From: Gemmatimonadota bacterium
Lineage (GTDB): Bacteria > Gemmatimonadota > Gemmatimonadetes > Longimicrobiales > RSA9
Direction: 5' to 3'
DNA: 15,724 nucleotides
Assembly (NCBI GenBank): GCA_040905425.1
Contig: JBBDRO010000109.1
Coordinates: forward strand, 1 to 15,724
Under the pieces are notes generated by a model. That model saw only the letters and a program-made list of their open reading frames with translations. It made no database searches and had not been told where the DNA came from. The position numbers were made by a program, and so were the translations under genes. Each line of letters opens with the position of its first letter. Within the stretch, counting starts at the first letter, position 1. This document shows positions 8,813 to 15,577 of this stretch, one piece after another.

Positions 8813-9435
8813 TACGACAGCAGATCCTGAAGGGAATTACCGATCAACGTTCGGCCCTCCGTACTGATTGCTTGCATGAGCGGGTCGCCGTCCTGGTACC
8901 GGAACGATGCATCGGCCCTCGAGAGGACATACGGTGACAACCACAGACCCAAGCGGCGGCTCAAGGGAGCTGCAGCCTCTCTGATCCGCTCCTCGACTGC
9001 AGCGGTGGCCTCCTCTCCCCCGGTGAGGACCAGCACGTCCAGATCACTACCCGGCCGCGACTTGCCTGTGGCCGCACTTCCGAAGACCACCACACTCAGG
9101 ATCTCCGGTGCCACGCCGGCGTGGCCCAACGCACGCTCCAATTCGGTCCTGACGACGTCCAGACTCCCCCGCTCCCGTTCAAACAGCCCGGCGAGCGCCT
9201 CGTAGAAATAATGGGCCGTGTTGATCTGGTAGAGGTGAGCCCCGCCCGCTTCGGTTCGTTCCAGGATACGGAGATCGCTCAGTTCGTCCAGGGCGCGCTG
9301 TGCGCCGGCGTTGCTCCGGATTCCACCGAGCCTCTGGGTCTCTCTTCCGCTCGCCGGGGAGTCCAGGGGCAGAAGGGCTCTCAGAATCTGAACCTTGCTG
9401 TCTGAGCCGAGGACATGGTCGAGCAGGTTCAGCAT
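8812..9435 (-). CDS. Winged-HTH + minimal nucleotidyltransferase (MNT, Pol-beta fold) protein
   Basis: Likely start ATG 9435 (207 aa, MLNLLDHVLGSDSKVQILRALL...). N-terminal wHTH (SGRETQRLGG...AQRALDELSDLRILERTEAGGAHLYQIN), then the NTase motif VVVFGSAATGKSRPGSDLDVLVL (GS-x10-DxD). The ORF-track extension to 9969 overlaps the next gene out of frame. Confidence 0.85.
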   Translation of the reverse strand: MLNLLDHVLGSDSKVQILRALLPLDSPASGRETQRLGGIRSNAGAQRALDELSDLRILERTEAGGAHLYQINTAHYFYEALAGLFERERGSLDVVRTELERALGHAGVAPEILSVVVFGSAATGKSRPGSDLDVLVLTGGEEATAAVEERIREAAAPLSRRLGLWLSPYVLSRADASFRYQDGDPLMQAISTEGRTLIGNSLQDLLS

Positions 9436-9488
9436 AGAACTTTGAGAAAGGGGAGCCAATGCCCCATTTATAGGGCGACTGACCCAAT

Positions 9489-10649
9489 TTAGGGGCGGAG
9501 ACGCTGTAAGGCAAGCGCCGCGCGCTCGATGCGGAACACCCGGCCAGCACCGGTCACGAGGTACATCTCGCCGGCGGCGTCGGTGCCGAAGGACGTGACG
9601 TTGCCGGCACCGCGGATCCACTCCAGTCGATCGACGGCCGCGCCGTCGTCCATGCGGAAGGAGCGGATCCAGCCGCCGCAGTAGTCGGCGTAGAAGTAAT
9701 GGCCGCGGAGCTCGGGGATGAGCTGGCCACGGTACACGGCGCCGCCGCTGACGGAGCAGCCGTCGCCATGTGAGTATTCGAGCACCGGCAGGGCCAACCC
9801 GCTCTGGTCGCAGCTCCCGCCGCCATAGCAGTGCCGGCCTTCCATGACGTTCCAGCCGTAGTTCACACCGCCCGAGTCGGCGGGCTCCACGTGGATCTCC
9901 TCCCACTGGTTCTGCCCCACGTCGGCAATGTAGAGCAGGCCGCTCGGCGGATCGAAGTGGAAGCGCCACGGGTTGCGCAGGCCGTACGCCCAGATCTCGG
10001 CGCGCGCGGCCAGGGTGCCCGTGAACGGATTGTCACTCGGTAGCGCGTACGGCTCGCCGGCATCCACATCGATGCGCAGCAGCGCACCCAGCAGCGTGGC
10101 CAGGTTCTGGCCGTGCTCGAGCGGGTCGCCACCCGAGCCGCCGTCGCCCATGCCAATGTAGAGCATGCCGTCCGGTCCGAAGGCCACCTGCCCGCCATTG
10201 TGGTTGCCGAACGGCTGCGCCACCGCCAGCACGAGCGAGGCCGATGCGGCGTCCGCCACGTCGGCGTCGGCCGACACCGTGTAGCGCTCCACGCGCGTGT
10301 CCCCGCTCGTGTCCGTGTAGTTCACATAGAAGCGGCCGTTGGCGGCGTAGTTCGGGTGGAAGGCCACGCTGAGCAGGCCGCGCTCGCCGCCGCTGCCCAC
10401 CTGCGCCGTGATGTCCAGGAACGCGCGCTCGAGCAGCGCGCCGTTGCGGATGATGCGGATGCGACCGGGCTGCTCGACAACGAACAGGCGCGCATCGCCG
10501 GACGGCGCGGCCACGTGCACGGGTGACTGCAACCCCGCCGCCACTTCGACCAGGCGAAGCTCCAGTGATCCAGGAGGCGTGGTGCCGTCATCGGCCGGCG
10601 CCGTTGAATCGGCGCAGGCCAGGGCGAGCAGCAGGGCCAGGAAGCGCAT
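9489..10649 (-). CDS. PQQ-dependent soluble glucose/sorbosone dehydrogenase family lipoprotein
   Basis: Start ATG 10649, MRFLALLLALAC (lipobox); motifs GERGLLSVAFHP, NHNGGQVAFGPDGMLYIGMGDGG, EIWAYGLRNPWRF, ADVGQNQWEEI, NYGW..MEG. Confidence 0.92.
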   Translation of the reverse strand: MRFLALLLALACADSTAPADDGTTPPGSLELRLVEVAAGLQSPVHVAAPSGDARLFVVEQPGRIRIIRNGALLERAFLDITAQVGSGGERGLLSVAFHPNYAANGRFYVNYTDTSGDTRVERYTVSADADVADAASASLVLAVAQPFGNHNGGQVAFGPDGMLYIGMGDGGSGGDPLEHGQNLATLLGALLRIDVDAGEPYALPSDNPFTGTLAARAEIWAYGLRNPWRFHFDPPSGLLYIADVGQNQWEEIHVEPADSGGVNYGWNVMEGRHCYGGGSCDQSGLALPVLEYSHGDGCSVSGGAVYRGQLIPELRGHYFYADYCGGWIRSFRMDDGAAVDRLEWIRGAGNVTSFGTDAAGEMYLVTGAGRVFRIERAALALQRLRP

Positions 10650-10680
10650 GGTTCGGTCCGATGAGTGTGGGAATGTCACA

Positions 10681-10790
10681 CGGCTGCCCGTTGCCGCTTC
10701 GGCTGCCGCGCCCCGCTTCGGCTGCCCGCATGCCGCTTCGGCTGCCCGTGTGCCGCTTCGGCTGCCCGCGTGCCGCTTCGGCTGCCCGCG
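10681..10790. repeat. Tandem array of about 5.5 copies of a 20-bp unit, TGCCGCTTCGGCTGCCCGCG
   Basis: Units start at 10692 (19 bp), 10711, 10731, 10751 and 10771, with a partial unit at 10681. Core CCGCTTCGGCTGCC is invariant in the five full units; variation is limited to the junctions. Confidence 0.95.
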
Positions 10791-10823
10791 CCCCATCAAA
10801 GCCGCACGCGCAGGGGTCCGGCC

Positions 10824-10934
10824 GAACCGTTGCGGCTCTGGTTGCGATTATTCCAATCAAAGCCGCGCGCGCGATCGGCGCAGCCGCGCGTGCGGGTCCT
10901 GTTGGACTATTTGCTACGAATAGCGCAACGGCTC
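10824..10934. repeat. Long degenerate palindrome centred at 10879; outer arms may extend to 10793-10964
   Basis: Manual ungapped pairing of 10824-10873 with 10885-10934 gives 34/50 Watson-Crick pairs plus 3 G-T, including CCGTTGCG/CGCAACGG, TCCAA/TTGGA and an 11-bp inner stem. Outer CCATCAAA/TTTGATGG at 10793-10800 and 10957-10964. Confidence 0.7.
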
Positions 10935-11022
10935 TCAGAACGCGCGCGGTTGCACGTTTGATGGCACATCCGCGCGGCGGACACGTGCGGTTATGCAGAG
11001 GCCGCCCGCGTTGAACCCCCTA

Positions 11023-11074
11023 TAAGCGACGAGGCCCGGCCGGCTTCCTCCGCTCCGCGGGAAGCCGGCCGGGC
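11023..11074 (+). repeat. 52-bp hairpin element copy 2; probable terminator of the S46 peptidase gene
   Basis: TAAGCGACGAGGCCCGGCCGGCTTCCTCCGCTCCGCGGGAAGCCGGCCGGGC. GC-rich perfect stem lying 38 bp beyond the S46 stop; direct repeat of 6612-6663. Confidence 0.9.
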
Positions 11075-11112
11075 CACACTTCATGCTCGCCAGACCGAGC
11101 TGGACGCTTCCA

Positions 11113-13389
11113 TCAGTTGCGACCAGCCCTGGTCAGCTCCTCCAGCAGCGCGTCCGCCTGGTAGATGCTGCGGAGCGCCTCCAGGATGCCGGCGGCGTGC
11201 ACGGCAATGGTGCGGCCGCCCGTCTCGGTGCGGAAGACGTACTCGTTGGGGAGCTGCTCGATGTTGCCGTCGAAGGCCAGGCCCACCACGCGCGCGTCCC
11301 GGTCGATGACCGGGCTGCCGCTGTTGCCGCCGGTGATGTCCAGGGTGGCCACGAAGTCCACGGGCTTGCTCATGTCAATGAACTGGCGCCGCTCCTCGAA
11401 GCGCGGCGGCAGGTTCCAGGGCTCCTCCTGCTCGAAGGCGTAGGCGCGCCCGAACATGCCGTGGAAGGTGGTCTTCGGCGCGGCGAAGGTGCCGTTGTAG
11501 GCGTAGCGCGCGGTGACGCCGTCGCTGATGCGGAGGGTGAGCGTGGCGTCGGGAGGCACGTCCGTGCCGTAGGCGGCAAAGAGAGCGCGCCCCATGCGCT
11601 GCTTCTGCACCGTCTCGGCGTCCACGATCTCCGCCCAGCGCGGCAGCAGTTCCTGGTAGCGCGCCTCCATGGCCACGGCGGCGCGGACGCACGGATCGGC
11701 TGATCCCTCGGCGGCCGGCAGGCCGCTACGTAGTAGCTCCTGCCGGAACGCCACGTCCGCCACACGACAGTCGGTGGCCAGGCGCGCGGCGGCTTCGGAC
11801 GGGGTTTCCCCGGCGCGCAGGAGCAGGCCGCGTACCGGGTCGCTTGATAGAAGCCAGCGGTCGGCCATACCCAGGAAGTGGGCGAGCGGCAGGGTCTCCT
11901 GCACACCGCCGAGGGGCGTGGGCTGGCCGAGCAGCGCCTGCACCTGCGCCGGGTCGAAGCCCGCGGTGCGCTCGCCGGCCGGCAGGTCTTGCTCGCGCAG
12001 GTAGCGTACGAGCAGTCCGGCCAGCTGCAGCTGCGGCACGCCCAGGAACTGCGTGTTGGACATGTTGAGCGGCGGGCTGGTGCGCACCTTGGCGCGCTGC
12101 AGCGCCGCCATGCTGTCCCACAGCGTGCCGTACTCCGCGCGCAGCGCCGCGTCCCGGTTGATGCGCTCCCGGAATTCGGCCTCCCAGACCAGCTTGCGCG
12201 CCACCAGCAACGTATCCTCCAGACCCGCCTGCTCGCCGCGATACTTCTTCAGGTTGTTCTCCAGCCCGAAGAGCTGCTCGCGCACCTGCATCTGGAGCTG
12301 CGGATTCTCCTCCGCCAGCGCGTTCAGCAGCTCGACCTGGCCCTCCCAGATCTGGATGTTGAAGGGGTGGCGGTACTGCCCCTCGTACATGAGCTGCGGC
12401 ACGGTGATGAGGCGGGCCGTGGAGCCGGGGTTGCCGGTCAGGAAGATGGGCTCGCCCTCCGCGGCGCCGTCCGGGTCGAAGGGGAAGAAGTGGGGCGTGG
12501 CGGCCGGCACACCGTTCTCATAGGCGCGCACGAAGGCCATGTCCAGCGCCCAGCGCGGGTAGACGAAGTTGTCCGGGTCGCCGCCGAAGAAGCCCGCCTG
12601 CAGCTCGGGCGCGAAGACCAGCTTGACCTCCGTGTAGCGCTTGTAGCCGTAGAGCTGGTACTGGCCGCCCTGATAAAGGGGCACCACCCGGCAGACGTCC
12701 GGCTCGCCGGCCTGGCACTCCGCCACGAGCCGCCCCTGCACCGCCTCCAGCGCCTCGGCCACCTGCGTGGGCGGGGCGTTGGACGGCAGCGCCGCGCGCA
12801 CGCGCTCGGTGACGTCTTGGATGGCCACGAGCTGGTCCAGGTAGAGCTGCGGGCAGGTGAACTCCTCCGCGTTCGTGGCCGCGTAGAAGCCCGTGGCCAC
12901 GTTGTCCTCCCCCGGTCCCGAGGACGCGTTCACGCAGCGCCGGGCGCAGTGGTGGTTGGTCATCACCAGCCCGCCCGGTGACACGAACGAGGCCGAGCAG
13001 AAGCCGCCGAAAAGCACCGAGGAGAGGCGCACGTGCTCCAGCCACTCGGGCGTGGCCTGGAAGTCATAGGTGTCCCGCCAGTACTCGAGCGGCGGATTCT
13101 CAAAGGTCCACATGGTGCCGAGCTCGCGCCCGCTCAGCGTGACGTTCTGGGCGGCCTGGACGGCGGCCCCGGGCGGCTGCAGCGTGACGCCCGGCGCCAG
13201 CTCCTGCGGCCGCTGTGTGAGCTGGAGCGTGGGACCGGAGGGGGTGGCGGCCGCCTCGGCCGTACGGGCCTCCGCCGCCACGGCGCCCGGCTCGCCCGCC
13301 GGCGCTGCTCCGGAGGAAGCGCAGGCGGCGGCGAAGAGGGGCAGGATCAGGAAGAGCAAGGCCGCGGTACGGCGGCGTACAGAAGGCAT
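11113..13389 (-). CDS. S46 family dipeptidyl peptidase (DPP7/DAP BII-like), probable lipoprotein
   Basis: AGGAG RBS before ATG 13389; signal ending FAAAC; catalytic triad motifs CSASFVSPGGLVMTNHHC (His), FGGDPDNFVYPRWALD (Asp), DITGGNSGSPV (Ser); also PDATLTLRISDG and GLAFDGN. Confidence 0.95.
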   Translation of the reverse strand: MPSVRRRTAALLFLILPLFAAACASSGAAPAGEPGAVAAEARTAEAAATPSGPTLQLTQRPQELAPGVTLQPPGAAVQAAQNVTLSGRELGTMWTFENPPLEYWRDTYDFQATPEWLEHVRLSSVLFGGFCSASFVSPGGLVMTNHHCARRCVNASSGPGEDNVATGFYAATNAEEFTCPQLYLDQLVAIQDVTERVRAALPSNAPPTQVAEALEAVQGRLVAECQAGEPDVCRVVPLYQGGQYQLYGYKRYTEVKLVFAPELQAGFFGGDPDNFVYPRWALDMAFVRAYENGVPAATPHFFPFDPDGAAEGEPIFLTGNPGSTARLITVPQLMYEGQYRHPFNIQIWEGQVELLNALAEENPQLQMQVREQLFGLENNLKKYRGEQAGLEDTLLVARKLVWEAEFRERINRDAALRAEYGTLWDSMAALQRAKVRTSPPLNMSNTQFLGVPQLQLAGLLVRYLREQDLPAGERTAGFDPAQVQALLGQPTPLGGVQETLPLAHFLGMADRWLLSSDPVRGLLLRAGETPSEAAARLATDCRVADVAFRQELLRSGLPAAEGSADPCVRAAVAMEARYQELLPRWAEIVDAETVQKQRMGRALFAAYGTDVPPDATLTLRISDGVTARYAYNGTFAAPKTTFHGMFGRAYAFEQEEPWNLPPRFEERRQFIDMSKPVDFVATLDITGGNSGSPVIDRDARVVGLAFDGNIEQLPNEYVFRTETGGRTIAVHAAGILEALRSIYQADALLEELTRAGRN

Positions 13390-13538
13390 GAGCGCATCTC
13401 CTGGCAAGGCCGCACCGGGGCCGCCTGGGGGAAGCGCGCCGGCCGTGGCCTCAGCGGGTTGTGGCGGCGGGCCCGAGGGGGCGGGCGCGCCTGGGGGGGA
13501 ATTTAGGTGGGGGTGGGGTGGCGGGGGAAGGTGGGGGC

Positions 13539-13563
13539 CCGGGCCGTACGCGCCCCGGCCCGG
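13539..13563 (-). terminator. Possible terminator hairpin after the small membrane ORF
   Basis: 8-bp stem CCGGGCCG/CGGCCCGG immediately after the TGA at 13565; no clear U-tract. Confidence 0.35.
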
Positions 13564-13564
13564 C

Positions 13565-13714
13565 TCAGATCGGCAGTTGCGTGAGCGGCTGGCGCGCGGA
13601 AGGCACCGGGCAGCCGTTCTCCTCCAGCGCCTCGACCAGCAGGCCGGCCGTGGCGCCGTAACCGATCACAAGGAGCAGGATGAGGGCACTGCTCGAGAAC
13701 GCGATCACCGGCAC
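13565..13714 (-). CDS. Small hydrophobic ORF (49 aa) or 3' remnant of a disrupted membrane-protein gene
   Basis: From GTG 13714: VPVIAFSSSALILLLVIGYGATAGLLVEALEENGCPVPSARQPLTQLPI*. Strongly GC3-biased codons and one TM segment; below the ORF-track size cut-off; no clear RBS. Confidence 0.4.
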   Translation of the reverse strand: MPVIAFSSSALILLLVIGYGATAGLLVEALEENGCPVPSARQPLTQLPI

Positions 13715-13887
13715 CGCGACAATGAACCCGCGTCAGGGCTTTAGAAATGTCCCCTACTCGGGTTGATCCTGGGTGAGGCCGCTCAGGCGCTGGCGGAGCC
13801 CGACCCGGAACCCGGACGCGGCCGAGCTCGCGGCGTCGGCGGGTCCCTCTGGATCAGCGTCGTCGAGGGATCGCACACCCGCCCCCC

Positions 13888-15447
13888 TTACCCCGCCGAA
13901 ACCCGCCGATGCACCGCGTCCACCGCCTGCCACGCCGACTCGATGGCGCCCTGCAGCCAGGCGGGGCGGGTGCCGGTGCCCGCCGAGCCCAGGTAGAGGC
14001 GGCCGTCCGCCTTGGCGAGCTGCGCACGCACGTCCTCCTCGGGTGAGCGACCATAGGCGCCCAGGCTGTAGGGCACCTTTTCCCACCAGACGGCGTAGGC
14101 CGTGTCGAACTCCTGGCGCATCTGCGGGTGGACCTTGCCGGCCTGCGTGAGCACGTACTCGATGCGCTCGCGGATCGGCTGCTGGTTCAGCTCCGCGGTG
14201 CTCCCGCCGGCGTAGAAGCCCAGCAGGATGCCCTTCTCGGTCAGGTAGTCATTGGAAGGATAGGAGAACTCGCCCAGGCCGAGGCTGCGATTGAAGAGAT
14301 GGCCGCCGAAGATGCCGTCATCCTCCTCCCAGAAGCGACGCTTCATCTGCAGGCCCATCTTGGCGCTGTCGCTGTGGGTGGTGCTGGCCACCGCCTCCGC
14401 CATCTCCGGCGACAGGTCCACGTCGATGGTCTTCAGGACGGCCATGGGCAGGCAACAGATGCAGTACTCGGCGCTGGCCTCACCTTCCTCACCCGTCCGT
14501 ACGTTCCGGTGCGCCACCCGCACCTGGCTATCCGTCTGGCGGATGGAGACCACCTCGGTGCCCAGCACCACGCGGTCCTGCATGGCGTGGTGGAACGCCA
14601 GCGGGATCTGGTTCATCCCACCGACCGGCTGGAAGACGGGATCGGGTCCCCCGGTGTTGGCGTAGAGCGAGCGGACCCGCGCCCCGAAGCCCGCGGTCAA
14701 CAGCGCACCCAGATCGTAGCGCTCCTCGGAGCCGCGGAGTGCGGGCGGTCGGTAGACGTAGTCGGCCGAATCCAGATAGCCGGCCTGCACCAGGAAGGTG
14801 ACCAGCCGCTCCCGGTCCTCCGGGGTGAGAGGCACATCGAGCTGCCCCTGATCCATGGCCTTGGCCAGCAGCTCCGTAATCGAGCCCCAGAGGTCCGCCT
14901 TCGCCTCTCTCAGTTGCACCCGCCGCCCCGCCAACGGACCGCGCTCGGGGTCCTCCTCGTAGAGGAAGTTGGCGTCGGTGGAATTGACGAACAGCTCCAG
15001 CGGCACCCCCAGTTCGGCGCAGTAGTCCAGCACGCCGGTGTCGGCATGCGGAATGCGCCAGGCGCCGGCATTGAAGTACTGCCCCTCATCGAAGTCGCAG
15101 ACCTGGCGCTCCCCACCGATCTCCGTGTGGCTGTCCCCGCGCCGCACCGTCCAGCAGAGCCCGCCCACCGACTCGCGCGCCTCCAGGATCCGGCAGTCGT
15201 AGCCCAGCTTGCCGAGCTCCCAGCCGGCCACCAGACCCGACAGCCCGCCGCCCAGGATGAGCACGCTGGCCTGCCGCTCGCCCCGCTGCCACGCGGGCCT
15301 GGGTTCCCGGGCTGCCCCCATCAGATCCCACGCACCCATCGTCCCCATCACGAGCGACGAGCCGCCCACGAGCCCGAGCCGGTGCAGGAGCTGGCGCCGG
15401 GTCATGAGGGATGGAGGCGTGCTGAACGACGTGGGATAATCGGTCAT
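13888..15447 (-). CDS. Flavin monoamine oxidase / L-amino-acid oxidase family protein
   Basis: FAD-binding VLILGGGLSGLVAGWEL...ILEARESVGG; YFNAGAWRIP; FQPVGGMNQIP; C-terminal AWLQGAIESA; Tat-like TRRQLL N-terminus. Alternative start ATG 15405. Confidence 0.92.
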   Translation of the reverse strand: MTDYPTSFSTPPSLMTRRQLLHRLGLVGGSSLVMGTMGAWDLMGAAREPRPAWQRGERQASVLILGGGLSGLVAGWELGKLGYDCRILEARESVGGLCWTVRRGDSHTEIGGERQVCDFDEGQYFNAGAWRIPHADTGVLDYCAELGVPLELFVNSTDANFLYEEDPERGPLAGRRVQLREAKADLWGSITELLAKAMDQGQLDVPLTPEDRERLVTFLVQAGYLDSADYVYRPPALRGSEERYDLGALLTAGFGARVRSLYANTGGPDPVFQPVGGMNQIPLAFHHAMQDRVVLGTEVVSIRQTDSQVRVAHRNVRTGEEGEASAEYCICCLPMAVLKTIDVDLSPEMAEAVASTTHSDSAKMGLQMKRRFWEEDDGIFGGHLFNRSLGLGEFSYPSNDYLTEKGILLGFYAGGSTAELNQQPIRERIEYVLTQAGKVHPQMRQEFDTAYAVWWEKVPYSLGAYGRSPEEDVRAQLAKADGRLYLGSAGTGTRPAWLQGAIESAWQAVDAVHRRVSAG

Positions 15448-15577
15448 CAGGCCGCCCCCTGCGGTGGGTAGGTACCGTCCAGATAGGAGAGTTCAGCGGA
15501 CCGTTCGGCCGCTGAGCCAAGGTAGGAAGGCGTGGGCGCGCGGGTCAACGATAGCGGCCAGGCGGGCCCCACTGCAG

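Noticed and set aside
9431..9459. TTGGCT-17-TATGCT promoter-like match on the minus strand
   Set aside because: The -10 would overlap the proposed MNT start codon; it cannot be resolved without TSS data.
9436..9969. N-terminal extension of the MNT ORF to 385 aa
   Set aside because: Arg/Pro-rich out-of-frame overlap with the dehydrogenase gene; recognisable protein starts at MLNLLD (9435).
10681..10790. CRISPR array
   Set aside because: Units are contiguous 20-mers with only a few variable junction bases, there are no unique spacers of about 30 bp, and there are no cas genes.
10650..10799. 50-aa N-terminal extension of the dehydrogenase
   Set aside because: It is a translation of the tandem repeat; the lipoprotein signal begins at ATG 10649.
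10962..10978. Sigma54 promoter at TGGCAC
   Set aside because: No TTGC -12 element at the required spacing.
6612..11074. Integron cassette array or IS/composite transposon
   Set aside because: The repeats lack attC R-box consensus ends, are not found between each gene, and are direct rather than terminal inverted repeats; no integrase or transposase is in the window.
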